DNA of 64,000 nucleotides from Eledone cirrhosa (taxonomy: Eukaryota), in NCBI GenBank assembly GCA_964016885.1, contig OZ024740.1:328104001-328168000 (forward strand), read 5' to 3'. Each line of letters opens with the position of its first letter. Position 1 is the stretch's first letter. Below, in pieces: positions 1-15,431 of this stretch. The notes beneath the pieces are model-generated. The model was not told where the DNA came from and made no database searches. It worked only from the letters and a program-made list of their open reading frames with translations. Both the position numbers and the translations under genes were made by a program.

Positions 1-2370
1 TTACCATAGGTAATAACCAAGAGTATATATATATATATTATGCTATTTATTTATGTGCATGCACGGAACAAAACTCTACCTAAGGTTTCAAAGCCAATCA
101 GTGACCATATCTTCAGAATGTATGAAAGATAACAACTGTGGCCTAATCTTCAGGCGTTTATATATATCATTACTAAACTACATCAGTCATCCAAATACTG
201 TTGCTTGAGAAGAAATCAATACACTGAATACATGATGGTTTTCAAATAAAACAGGTAATACAAGATGTAAAAGTAATACCACCAAACTAAACTAATTTTG
301 CTCTATAGATAACTCTCACCTACACATTCTTCACAAAGTCAACTACAACACCTTTTCCTCAGACATCATCTTTTTCTCTACATACCTTTGACAGCTACTT
401 GACAAACAATGTCCTAATTATCATAACACATTTACATGTCAATGAAGAGAGCAGAAACCTTTTACAAACTTCAAAAAAGTCCAGTAGAACGAGTTCTGCA
501 AAGAAACATGATCAAGGCTTTCGGAATTCCATTGCATCACAGTCACCAACAAAACACTAAAATAATGATATACTCATTCCCAAAACACATCCCAAAAGAT
601 AGCACAACTATTCAACCCCAATTACAAATCAGAAATAGCAAACACAACCTCATTGCACCAACACCACATACGACATACAACATCAAACAACTAAACAAGG
701 AAGTAACACGGAAAAATCAAGTTTAAACCAGAAAAACAAAGAAAGAAAACAAAACCCAAAAATTGTTGCATCATATTTTTGTCATATATGTTGCATCCAA
801 TATATATGATAAAAACAATACAAATGAAAAACCCTCATAAAAGAATATACGGAATAATTAGTAATACCACCACCACCTCCACCTCCACTCACAACATCTA
901 CATCACATTCCATGTCAATATTACAAACTCAATATAATCACGCCCCAACACCAAGCAAAAGCTCTTATTATAGAGTTGTGAAAACTCAGCCACACAAAGG
1001 CAAACACACACACACACACAAAAGAACACGAAACTGAAAATACGCACCTTTCACCTAGTCCATTATTTTGACCCCTTCTTTCCACCGGACACCTAGAATG
1101 CAATAGGGAAATCTCAAAAGCCTCAGGACCAAAAAAACAAATCGCAAACATACACCTAAATATCTAGGACCCTAGAGTATCCACTCTACTCGTGAACATA
1201 TAAAACTACTCTTACTAACACTGTCAAATCTCTGGATACTGGATCAGATCATAACAATTATAAAGCTTAATATAAAACCATCCTCTGAAACTCTATGAGG
1301 ATTACTCCTTGACATCACTCAGCTACATACCCCCTCTCCAAATTACAACACTGATTCAGACTAGTACACACAATCTCCACACAACTCATAAACCACAAAT
1401 ATATACGTTGTAGCCTAAAAGAAAACTAATTATCTTACACATATAAGCAAACCTTTCAATTCCATTTTTCTCTATGCTATCATCTACTCTCAGGTTCAAA
1501 ATGATAGGGGAGTGGGGTTGTTTTGGAAAATCGATAACTTTTCTAAATTGACTCCATTGATTTTTTTAAAAACCAGAATTAGTCATTTAGTTTACATATT
1601 GTGACCCTAACCCATCCTATTTATTTTACAACGCATGAGATATTCTTTTTTGGCATGTGTAATATTTTTTTCAATCTCGAAAGAAAATTAATTGTAGCAG
1701 GAATGCTACCACTTAAAGTAAAATGTCGCCGGAGGTAGATTAGCAATATTTAATTGGTGGGAGAGGGAGGGATAAAAGCGGTGTCTGTGTGTAAACAATG
1801 TGAACAATTAATAAGCGTGAGGTGGAAAGGGACGATTATTCGAGACCCGAGAGTAATACATAAAATGTTCAACATCACATTAAGAAACAACACAAAGCAC
1901 TTCTGGCTAGCAATCTAACGTACAAGGTCAATAGTTCTAGAATTTCCAATTTCCCAAATAGCGTACGACGTTGATTCGCCTTCTCATCAACATTTCAACT
2001 GCCTCAAAAGATTCGTATTCAGATGACATGACACCCTCATCCTGTCACTATTTGTCAGACATTGCCGCACAATTGTTGTCAATCCAATTCAATACAGGGT
2101 CTTCTCACTCCTGTTGGAGGAACCCCTCCCTGGTTGACTTCCACCTCTTTCTATTTGGTTAGGTGATATCTTCAGGGTGACACACTTACAATTGTTCTAA
2201 CCCTATTTAAATAATAAAGAAACATGGCTCTATATCAACAGACTTACTAGCAAATTCACTGTCACTCTTACTAGCAATTTCGAAGAACATCAAATACAAC
2301 CAACCATCACACTCAACGTATGAATCGTATAGGTGCCATGTGGTTTTCTAGACATATATATATATATGTA

Positions 2371-2645
2371 TGGTCCCTTAACTCTTACAGGTCGTAGGGG
2401 TACCATATTTACATACGGTGTTTCCAGGGTATTCCTTTAAATCTGGCAGAGCCCATCTCCTCTCCAGGTTTGAATACAGTAGTTTTCTTCCACTGAGAGA
2501 ATGGAAGCGAGAAAGTGATATAGAGGAAGAATCGACCCTAGTATTAGACTGGTACTTGTTTATCAATCTTGAATAGATGAAAGGCAAAGTTGACCTCGGC
2601 GGGATTTGAACTAAACGTTTTAACGACTCTGCCAATTCACTGCCT
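2371..2645 (-). mobile_element. SINE variant with ~170 bp alternative 3' extension (also 15978-16290, 38165-38480)
   Basis: Three dispersed diverged copies share the SINE head/core plus the extension. Confidence 0.7.
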
Positions 2646-3099
2646 AGACACATAGAATAGTTGGGCGTAAGAACTGAAAAAACCCCCAGATCTCTGGATT
2701 GCGTCTAGTCGTTCGGTCTCTTTCATCGCGTGGTATAAGAGAAGAATGTCAGTTCAGTTTTGTTTGGTTTGTTTCACGCCTATAACTCAGAACGACTGAA
2801 TATTGTTAAACAAATGGGAAAAGAATTTCCCCATTTCTCCATCAAACAAGAGGAACTATCGAAGGAAATTAATAAAAAAAAGGACACACATCACAATGAA
2901 ACGCAATGCAATACAATTACAGAACAAAGCGACCAAGTACAACAAAAAGGTTCTGAAAAAGCACAAAAATATATATCTAGGCATTTTTATATGATTAAGA
3001 AGTTCGCTTTGCAACGAAGGAGTTGAGAGTTCGATCCCAATGCTTAGTGCATAGGGACGATCAATGCTTTATGGGTGGGATTTTGTATACGGTAACAGT

Positions 3100-3590
3100 T
3101 AAATCCCATCGTGTATGTATGTAAAACTGGTTTGATGATGGCTGACTGGGAGATAGAAGCTCTTGAAAGAGAAATTTGGCGCGGAATGGTGAATGACGGG
3201 GTCCATAATTTTGAGGACAGACGCATAGAGCACGAGAAAACGAAACGGGATGTGCGTAAGCAATGTCCTGGTGTATCTCTCGAAACAACCAGTGTCTCCA
3301 TTGAATTGAAATGCTCTGAGTGTGGAAAAATTTGCTTGAGCAAATCTGGTCTTAGGACCCCCAGTCGCAGCCATGTTCAAAGAGAACCAGTGAACTATTA
3401 TCTCCACGGTATTGTGAGGGTTCACAGGCAACTTGATGCAAGACCCCCGGGCCAGGGAGATGCATAGTTGTTGTCAGTGTGAAAAGGAGTGCAAGTCTCT
3501 AGCTGGCTTGAAAAGCCATATCCGAGCGTCACACATTTGAATCTGACAATTGATTGCAATACTCTTTGCAGAGTTTACAACCATTGTGTA
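3100..3590 (+). mobile_element. RTE-clade LINE 3' end with (TATG)n tail
   Basis: WEIEALEREIWRGMVNDGVHNFEDRR..KRDVRK..CSECGKICLSKSGL matches the RTE C-terminus pattern. Confidence 0.75.
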
Positions 3591-3873
3591 TGTATGTATG
3601 TATGTATGTATGTATGTATGTATGTATGTATGTATGTATGTATGTATGTATAACGAGAATTGTTCCGGGGCCCCGCCAGCTTTACTAATTTTTCCCTGTT
3701 GATCCTGAATTGTCTCAGACTCTCCTGGATGTTGATGAAATGCTATAAACCCAAGAGGGATAAACAAGAAAGTTTAAAATCTACGTAGAATCCTGACTTG
3801 ATGTTGACTGAAAATAATGTTTTATGAATTAATTTTGTTTATTTGTCTACATCAAAATTGTGGTGCGCCTGTT

Positions 3874-3964
<91 letters not shown>

Positions 3965-4110
3965 TATATATATATATACAAATATCCGTATGTGGTTGAC
4001 GGCTGAGAGAAAGGAGTACTTTTCTGATGACCTTGCGATAAACTGGCCAAACTCCAGAGTAATAAGACTCACTATTTAGCCTTAATAAAATGAATATATA
4101 TATATATATA

Positions 4111-4313
4111 TGTTTATCCCGGGTTCAATCGGGGGTAACCACAGTAAGTAAGGTACTCAATATATAGCAGAGTATAAATATTTAATATAGAAATGGCTTC
4201 TACAGGACTAGAACTGTTTCATTCGGAGGAAATCATCAGGAAAGCACCTTCCTGACGATTTCCTCCGAATGAAACAGTTCTAGTCCTGTATAAGCCATTT
4301 CTATATTAAATAT
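4111..4313. mobile_element. Fold-back PLE-type insertion, family A copy 1
   Basis: Palindrome ~4178-4313 (centre ~4246) plus unpaired tail 4111-4177; TA flanks. Confidence 0.85.
4197..4244 (-). ncRNA. Hammerhead ribozyme (mirror copy 4248-4294 +)
   Basis: UUUC-CUGAUGA-u uuc cucc gaa u-GAAA-cag uucuaguc cuG-UA-GAAG. Confidence 0.75.
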
Positions 4314-4330
4314 ATATATAATTATATATA

Positions 4331-4398
<68 letters not shown>

Positions 4399-5309
4399 TG
4401 TGTGTATGTGTGTGTGTGTGTGCGTGTGTGCGTGCGTGTGTGTGTATGTGTATGCGTGTGCGTGCGTGTGTGTGTGTGTGTATCCATATATATGAGGTTG
4501 GTGTAATGTCTTTTTCCATCTGCCTACAACTGGCTGGCTCTTGTGGCAAGCCGGGAAGCCGTCTAGTGAAACTCCTCAATATCATAGAGATTAATAGCTT
4601 ATTAAGGTTGAGCCAGTGACCTGTTACTTTGGAGTTTCCCCTGAGTGTTACCAATTCGTTTGTCTTTCTCTCTCTCTCTTGCAGACACGCTACACACACG
4701 CTACACACACAAATATACATACACAAGCCCACACGCATATGTATATAAGGAAAATTATATTGAGAAGACTGATTTTATATGATGGAGAATTAGGTTTAAT
4801 AATTTTTGCTCCCACCCCATACTCCTCCTCACTAATCTCACACCCCTCCCATAGACAGACATAGAGGACATTATTGTCTGTGACTTATGTGGTTACTGAT
4901 ACTGACAAATGACATAAACAATAAAGACCCTGTATAGGTCTCTTCATATTTAATAAGATGCCAGCTTCAATTCCTGGTTTTACACCACTGAACTATACTC
5001 CACCTCACCCATAAACACATTTATCTTTCATACTAAGTATGAAACATATACCATCGCACACACCCACACCTAAACCAACACCACACGTGTGTTTGTGTGA
5101 GAGGAGGTGGTTGGGAATGTTTAGACTTGGTCTGAAAAATTCAAGTCTCCATTATTTGGGTCATATTCACATACCTCTTTCTATTTCCCTTCTTACACAC
5201 ACACACATATAACTCACTACATAAAGGCACACACACAAACGCGCCTCTCCGCACACACACACACACACACACACGCGCGCGCACACACACTCCCACTCAC
5301 ACACACACT

Positions 5310-5347
<38 letters not shown>

Positions 5348-5675
5348 TACACACGCGCACACACACACACTCTCACACACACTCACACTATTACACACTA
5401 AAACACACACACACACACTCGAAAACGCACATACACTCACTCATCATACTGCCCACCACAAATATGCACACTCACCGTACATAAACAGACCATTTACTAC
5501 ATCCATAAATACATACATACATACACACCACTCACATTGTACACACGTGCACTATAGACACAAAACCTTACACACATACGCATCACATACAGATACACAC
5601 ACACGCATCATATACAGATACACGCATACAAGAATAGACACACACACACACACACACATATATGTATATATATGT

Positions 5676-5820
5676 AGATCTCCGGTTAAATCGGGGATAA
5701 CCACAGTAAGCAAGGTACTCAATACATAGGAGAGCAAAAGTAATTTAATATAGAAATGGCTTCTACAGGACTAGAACTGTTTAATTCGAATGAAACAGTT
5801 CTAGGCCTGTAGAAGCCATT

Positions 5821-5828
<8 letters not shown>
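5676..5828. mobile_element. Fold-back insertion, family A copy 2 (only the 3' half of the hammerhead remains)
   Basis: Homologous to 4111-4313; palindrome 5747-5828 centred on ttcgaa ~5787. Confidence 0.85.
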
Positions 5829-5892
<64 letters not shown>

Positions 5893-5900
<8 letters not shown>

Positions 5901-6463
5901 TAAAACATGTCTATAGAATCACAAGATAAAATACATACTATTTCCTCTCCCAATTAGCATAATTAACTATATAAAAAATCGAATAGACCAGGCTATACGA
6001 ATGAGCCTTCTATGAAGGAATCTCAGACAAATAACCAAAACTAGCGCTTCGCGTCGGCCGTAGCGGAGTATTTATCGAATATTTCGACAGCGTAATCGCC
6101 TAGATACAGTCAACTAAGCAGAATTAGGTTTAAAATAAACTAGGAGAAAATAGAATACATTTAAATACCTCTACCATGGTTTCATCCGTGTTTTGAGTTT
6201 TCCAATAATTATGTAATAATTATATAAACTCGAGCGCCGGATTCTTCAGGAAGCTCGCTCATATCTAGACATAAAATTTTCCAAAGCCTCATTCGTATAG
6301 CCTGGTCTATTCGATTTTTTATATAGTTAATTATGCTAATTGGGAGAGGAAATAGTATGTATTTTATCTTGTGATTCTATAGACATGTTTTATGATATAT
6401 AGCTCTGATTGTTTAATTTATTAATTTTTCATTGAGCCACAAAGTGACCGGTTGCAAAACACG
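5893..6463. mobile_element. Inverted-repeat insertion, family B (arms ~5893-6005 / 6288-6401, ~280 bp spacer, tail to 6463)
   Basis: Near-perfect ~110 bp inverted arms; TA flanks. Confidence 0.85.
6168..6253 (-). ncRNA. Hammerhead ribozyme with extended stem II
   Basis: CUUC-CUGAAGA-auccg...cggau-GAAAC-CAUG-GUA-GAGG. Confidence 0.75.
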
Positions 6464-7013
6464 TATATGTATGTGTATATATATATATATATATATCCTC
6501 CAATAAGCCTCTTAACCTGGTTAAAACAGATGTCAAATATCGCTCAAATCACATCCTACATTTCTAAAAAAAGAAAAGTACATTGGATAAAGTCGTTCTA
6601 TAAATACTAAACCAAATATACATGGAGGAACTGAATTCTTAATATACTGTAATGTTCCTCTTAGTCGTAGAAACTCATTGGTTAGTAACTTACGAATAAC
6701 ATTTTCAAATAGGATTTCAATTAATTAAGAATTAGTAATAAAAACAGATAGTCACCATGCTTATAGGAAAATCCAATCTTTGTTTACAAGGAAAGGACAG
6801 TAACAGCAACGGGCATGTTCCGGCCTTATTGGACTTCATCAGCACTATGTAGACAATATGAAATATATAGCAATAGCAAGAGGGTGCACAACACATAATA
6901 GAATTGCAGGTGTGCACAGTTCTGGTCAACGGCCTGTCTTGAGTATTATAAAATGGTGGAGCCAATCACTCTGCAGGTTGGATCACAACCAATTTCTTCG
7001 ATAGATGAATGGA

Positions 7014-7101
<88 letters not shown>

Positions 7102-7242
7102 TATTCACTTTAATTAGTTTATTTCATGCTAGCTAACATTGTCTGTTACAATACAAACTCGTTTTCACTGCTCAGAAATGCCTCTTTCTTTGAGCTGATT
7201 AATTGTAAACGACTAAGAGTTTAATCTCTAAATATAATACAG

Positions 7243-8768
<1,526 letters not shown>

Positions 8769-8878
8769 GAAAGGATAAAAAGGACGATTGATTATTCCTT
8801 CATTGCATTTATTGATAGGTGACGCGCGTTTCGCCACTGATCAGCTGAAGGTTCGATCTATATCGATCCTACCCGATT
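8769..8878 (-). mobile_element. Short PLE-type 3' fragment with the 3' half of a hammerhead
   Basis: GGC-GAAAC-GCGC-GUC followed by AAUAAA; between TA tracts. Confidence 0.5.
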
Positions 8879-8889
8879 TATATATATAT

Positions 8890-9334
8890 ATATACGATAT
8901 TAAATAAATGGAAACTATATTTATAAAACCATATTTATTTCACTATACATATTTCAGGGATACCAAATTAAAATATGGTATGCCTTCATCAGATAAAATA
9001 CAATATATAAACAGTTTTATAAATAATTTTGACGTACCCTATTAGATGCAACCATTATTTTTGGAAGCTGGCAGCTTCCAAAAATAATGGTTGCATCTAA
9101 TAGGGTACGTCAAAATTATTTATAAAACTGTTTATATATTGTATTTTATCTGATGAAGGCATACCATATTTTAATTTGGTATCCCTGAAATATGTATAGT
9201 GAAATAAATATGGTTTTATAAATATAGTTTCCATTTATTTAATATCGTATATCTACTCCAAAAACTTGTCGAGTGCTTTATATCAGTTATAAAATATTTA
9301 CTTGTTGTATCCCAACAATTTTAAATAGAACTTT

Positions 9335-9337
<3 letters not shown>
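8890..9337. mobile_element. Fold-back insertion, family C copy 1
   Basis: Essentially perfect ~360 bp palindrome 8890-9251 (centre ~9071) plus tail 9252-9337. Confidence 0.9.
9143..9205 (+). ncRNA. Hammerhead ribozyme (mirror copy in the left arm)
   Basis: AUUUUAU-CUGAUGA-aggcauacca..ugguaucccu-GAAAU-AUGU-AUA-GUGAAAU. Confidence 0.8.
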
Positions 9338-9405
<68 letters not shown>

Positions 9406-9424
9406 TAAGTGAGATAGAGGAAGA

Positions 9425-12400
9425 ATCAACCCCAGTACTGAACTTTGAATTCACTTAATGACGTCAAAAGGACGAAAAGCAAAGTTGACCTCGACGGGAT
9501 TTGAATCTCGAGCGCATTGAACCAGAACAAACACTGAAGAATTTTTAATCCGACGCTCAAACGGCTCAGCCAATTTGCGGTATTAACATCAGATATGTCC
9601 GAAATCATGATGGTATTTGAAAAAATTGGTTTGTTTCTGCCAGGAATTGCAACTAGTAGATAGTATCAGCAATTGAAAGACAAATTTAGACATAGTATCC
9701 TTGATCCAATTTAGTGATTAGCTCCAGGGATCGAAAGCAGTGTTCATTACACATTTCAAAGCTTCCAAGACTGGGTGGATGGAGGGATGGAGATTTGGTA
9801 ATGTTAAACCGGGCGACGTATAAAGCTTAAAAACCAAGTAAGAAACAACCCGATATGAAATCAATAAGCAAGGAGACAGAAAAATACCACAAGGCATCTC
9901 GTCAGACACTCTAATAATACCACTACCTCTTCCTTAGTCTAAACTTAATTGACCGAACTTAAAGGTTTGAACAGCAAAGTTGACTTCAGCAAGATTTGAA
10001 CTTAGACCACAGAGAGCCGGATGGTCATGACAGGAGCATATTTGACAAATGTCTGTTCAATGAGGTCTGATGTGGTCCGAATTAATTGTTTTTACTCTTG
10101 GCACAAGGCCAGCAATTATATCAGTATATTACTGGTACTTTATTTTATCGACCCCGTAAGGATGAAAGAAAGGTAAAATTAACCTCGGCGCGATTTGAAC
10201 TCAGATCATAAAGGGCCGTAACTCTTTGCTGCAAAGCATGGCGTCCGACCCTCTACCGATACTGCCAATCTTCCTAATTAATAATATTTTCTAACACAGG
10301 CACAAGGCTAGCAGTTCTGAGAGGGAGAAGAAAGTCGATTAAATTGGCCCCATTATTTGATTTGTACTTTATTGTCATGAGCTTGGCTGGTCTCGCTTGG
10401 GGATCCAGTCGGATCAGTTGGAGACGCTTGCTTGTCACAGGACTCGCTGGAAGGAATGTTTGAGGACTCTTTCCACTCGACCCTCTCAGTAATAAGTGGT
10501 CGAAGAAGAAGAAGAAGAAGAAGAAGAAGAAGAAGAACTTTATTGTCTTGACCTCGAAAGGATTAAAGGCAAAATTGACCTCGGTGGGATTCAGTACGTC
10601 AAGAGCTTGAACTAACAACGCAAAGCAATTGTCTGACGCTCTAATGATTATGCCATTACGCCACAATTAGTGCTAATTAATAATACTGGCTTCTGATTTA
10701 GGCACAAGGCCAACAATTATTATTATTATTTTTTGGGGGTGGGGAGGGGTGTTAGATTAAATCGACCCAGTGCGTTACTGGTACTTTAATCTATCATAAG
10801 GATGAAAGGCAAAGCTAACCTCTGTACAATTTGAACTCAGAGCGCAAAGTGCTTGAACAAATAATGCTGTAACGATTCCGCCAATATACCACCCTTAGTG
10901 CTAATCAATAACAATAACATTCGGGTATAAGATAATTTATTATGAATTAGTAACACATAAATGAAATAATAATTCCTTTCTCTTGAAACAAAGCCTGAGC
11001 TGTGGATTTTCTATGAAGGCAACTACTCAAAAACCTGTCAATAAAGTGGTGTTCGATTTGATAACAATAGCAGCCAGACCCCCTTGAAATGATATACTTG
11101 TAAAAGGAGGTATAATAAATGTAATACTTAAGATGAATTGAGGTTAAATTAAAACAAGAGTAGCTAGAGTTGTGGATGTTTCTACAGGCGGCTACATGCG
11201 GCTTCGTTTAGTGATCGGACGAAATTATTATATATTTAAGTTAACCATACAAATTTATATAAAACTGTGTTAATTTAAGGTTCTGTAATCCGATATTCTG
11301 AGGTCTGCGCCCCATGCAGCTGCCAAGTTGGCGTAAAAGCAGGGCTGGCTCAGATTATAATTTTTTTTCCGACCCTCCAAAACTGCATTAAGTATTCGCA
11401 AACCGACATGCAACAGAGTAGACTATGGTAAAAGCATCCAGGTGACAGGTGGCGGGGTTAAACTCAACGACGAATTGTGACTACCATACAAGTAGACTAC
11501 AACGGGTTGTGAACTCAGAATGCAAACTTCAGGAAGAAATAGCTCAACACACATCATTCGACGTCATAACAATACCGACAATTCACCGCCCTGGACTCAC
11601 ACTTTAGTTTATCGGCCCTCAAAAGGACGAAAGTAAAAGTTGATTTCAGCTGGATTTCAACAGAAGAACATTGACCTCAAAACATGTTATCTGACGCTCT
11701 AACGATTCTGTCAGAGGATAATGGTTTAGGCACATGGCCAACAATTTTGAGGGGAGGGAAAAGTGGATTAAATCGTCCCCAGTGTATTACTGGTACTTTA
11801 TTTTATCAACCCCTTAAGGATGAAAGGTTAAGCTAGCCTTGGTTGGATTTGAACTCAGAACGTAAAGGGACGAAACTATATGCCACAAAACATGTTGTCC
11901 GACGCTCTACTGATCCTGCCAATCAACCCGCCCTTATTCTGTCTGAGAATAATAATGGTTTCTTATATAGGCACAGAGCCAGCAATTTTGGGGCAGGGGA
12001 AAGTCGATTAAATCGACTCCAGTGCGAGACTGGTACTTTATTTTATCGAACCCGTAAGTTAACCTCTGTGGGATTTGAACTCAGATCGTAACTCTATGCT
12101 GCAAAGCATGGCGTCCGACTCTCTACCGATACTGCCAATCAACCCGCTCTTATTCTGTCAGATAATAATAATTGTTTCTACGTTTGGCACAAGGTCAGCA
12201 ATTACCCAGTGCATTACTGGTACTTTATTTTATCGACCCCGTAAGGATGAAAGGCAAAGTTAACCTAGGCGGGATTTGAACTCAGATTGGCAAGGGCCGT
12301 AACTCCATGCGTCAAAGCATGGCGTCCAACCCTCTACCGATACTGCCAATCTACCGCCTTGTCAGATAATAATAATTGTTTCTACTTATGGCACAAGACC

Positions 12401-12495
12401 AGCAATTACCCAGTACATTACTGGTACTTTATTTTATCGACCCCGTAAGGATGAAAAGCAAAGTTAACCTTGGCGGGATTTGAACTCAGTCCGTA
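9425..12495 (-). mobile_element. Cluster of ~10 same-orientation copies/fragments of that SINE; head-to-tail array 11720-12495
   Basis: Recurrent ggcacaagg..ctggtactttattttatcgacccc..ggatttgaactcag. Confidence 0.85.
10377..10536 (+). mobile_element. 5'-truncated LINE 3' end (RTE-like) with (GAA)n tail, inserted in a SINE
   Basis: 11-bp TSD actttattgtc at 10366-10376 and 10537-10547. Confidence 0.8.
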
Positions 12496-12881
12496 ATAAT
12501 AATATATAGTTTCTAATGTACATATAAAAAATATTGCAGGACGGCACGATCAAGATTGACGTATGGCTAAACAGCAATAACAACAAATAATATAACATAA
12601 GGGTCGATGAATCTTCAAAAGCACCCAGTACCATTGATTGACCTTATTTATGCTTTCCCTACTAAGCAATTGTATGTTTTGGGGGGTTTCTATTTTTTTT
12701 TTGTTTTTGCCGTGAACATAGTACTAATTCACCTTCCCATATAATAATAATGTCAACAGTTGTGACTTTCATAGGCTATTATAACACTTTTTCAGTGCAC
12801 TTCATAACACCGGTAAGACATTCAATAATACTATCGACTCATGAGATGTTGGATAGTACGTTTAGCAGTTTTAAAATAGCC

Positions 12882-13412
<531 letters not shown>

Positions 13413-13489
13413 TAAAGTGCACCTCATTAAAAATGGGGATTTGTCTATCTATCTGTGTGAATGTGAACATTTTGACTTATCCGAGTCAC

Positions 13490-13687
13490 GAAGGATGTGT
13501 GGTAAGTAACCAGAGGGACCATAACGCACCAGAGTACTCAATACTTAGGGTAGTAGAGTGGGTAATAGGAAAATGTTTAACCCCGACGGCAGAGCTCAAG
13601 CCGTTTCGACGGCTATTTCTGGACTAAATTCAGTCCAGAAATAGCCGTCGAAACGGCTTGAGTTCTGCCGTCGGTGTTAACATTTTT

Positions 13688-13692
<5 letters not shown>
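13490..13692. mobile_element. Fold-back insertion, family D copy 1 (hammerhead 3' half)
   Basis: Palindrome 13565-13692; GAAAC-GGC..GCC-GUC; homologous to 36313-36507. Confidence 0.85.
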
Positions 13693-13759
<67 letters not shown>

Positions 13760-13874
13760 AAATACACACATACCCACACATGTGTGTGTATGTGAACACG
13801 TACGTGTGCATATAAACCTTTCTACATAAAACCATTCATATATTTCATGTATGTATGTATGAATGTATGTCTCA

Positions 13875-14385
13875 TGGTCGGGTCGTTGGCGACTAAACTG
13901 GCAACCCTACCAAGGTTTCTTGGTGAGGAGGGTGACTTTGGACATCCTGCAGGACTAAAAACAAAACCTGTCAAAGGGCAAAGGAGCTCTTAAGAGTCAA
14001 TGGCCATCCAAAATCACCGGGAGAGATGACCCCTTAGCCTTTGTCAAGGCAGAATTCTTGGAGAAGGAAAACTCTGATATAACACCTGCAACCCTGATGG
14101 TATCCAATGATGTTGACTTGTTCTTCTTTTTGGTAAATATCATCTTGGTTAAGAGAGTGGGACTGGCTTTGTGCAGTGCCTTTGCTCACTATAAAAGCTT
14201 CGCGGCACAGGCATTACTTTATATCTGGAGATCTCTCTGCACTTGTCGTCACATGGTACCATGGGCCCAGCACTATGTGTCAATATTTGTCACAAGTGTA
14301 GTGATTGTACCAGAGTTTTCAAGTCGCTGGCTGGACTAAAAAGTCACTCGTTCAGCGCATTGAGACGATTTGGCAGCCATCATGT
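13875..14385 (+). mobile_element. Non-autonomous LINE derivative (modules A+B)
   Basis: Both modules recur at 43995-44745; ends in ggcagccatcatgtat. Confidence 0.7.
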
Positions 14386-14652
14386 ATATAACCATATATG
14401 ATAAATACTTATGTAAAAAAAAAAAAAAAAAAAATTAAATAAAACCAGGTATAAAATAAATGGTTCCAAAAGTAAAATGTAGACACACACAAATATACAT
14501 ATAAACACATCCCATCACACAACCTGCCCAGAAATAATATTTAGTTCGTAAACGCAAGGCGGAAAGATTGTCTTGATGACATTACCACTGCCAGTGGTAA
14601 TGTAGCGCCACGTTAATAGTAAGTTAGCACAGACATAAAGACATATAACACT

Positions 14653-14838
14653 AATAATTGTTTCTACCTTTGGCACAAGGCTAGCAATTACCCAGTGCAT
14701 TACTGGTACTTTATTTTATCGACCCCTTAATTATGAAAGGCAAAGTTAACCTCGGCGGGATTTGAAGTCAGACCGTAAAAGGCCATAACTCTATGTTACA
14801 AACCATGGTGTCTGACGTTCTACCGATACTGCCAATAC
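14653..14838 (-). mobile_element. Nin/Deu-type SINE copy
   Basis: Homologous to 37010-37205. Confidence 0.85.
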
Positions 14839-14924
14839 ATCTCCGTTACACATGCAGGCCTGTCTCTCTCTATCCACACACACTAAAGTCTAAAATCTAA
14901 AGTCTGTCTTAAGCCAGAAGGCTT

Positions 14925-15155
14925 ATTTGGCCGTTGCTTATCCCGATTTCATGGCATGAAGTGACTGAGAGTACAAGACTCCCTCCTGGACAAGACGACA
15001 GTCCATCGCAGGGTTGCTGTTACTCATTTTCAGCTGAGTATACTGGAGCAACGTGAAATGAAGTGTTTTACTCAAGAACACAACACGCAGCCCAGGAATC
15101 GAACCCACGACACGACACTATGATCGTAAGTCCAACACCCTTACCACGTGCCTCC
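14925..15155 (-). mobile_element. CORE-type SINE with a third tail type
   Basis: cagctgagtatactggagcaacgtgaaat..ctcaagaacacaacacg..atcgaacc. Confidence 0.75.
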
Positions 15156-15394
15156 ACACACACACACATAAATGTATACACACATATACTATACATACAC
15201 GTTATACATACATATATATATATTACACCTATTATACATAAATGCATACATATGTATATATGTATAATAATATACATATATATTACACATACATATATAC
15301 ATAATTACATAATGTGTGTGTGTGTGTGTGTATGTATATATATATATATTCATATGTGTGTGTAGACAGAGTGAGACAGACCTGCATGTGTGTA

Positions 15395-15431
<37 letters not shown>

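Noticed and set aside
60-1490. A/C-skewed region with ORF 436-726 faintly like a PLE thumb; similar skew at 4780-5060
   Set aside because: No recognisable catalytic motif; may be an old retroelement but cannot be supported by eye.
11720-12495. Regular repeats resembling a CRISPR array
   Set aside because: Tandem SINE copies with no unique spacers or cas genes, in a eukaryotic context.
14572-14603. UUGAUGA followed by a perfect 12-bp hairpin
   Set aside because: No GAAA or stem III follows, so it is not a hammerhead.
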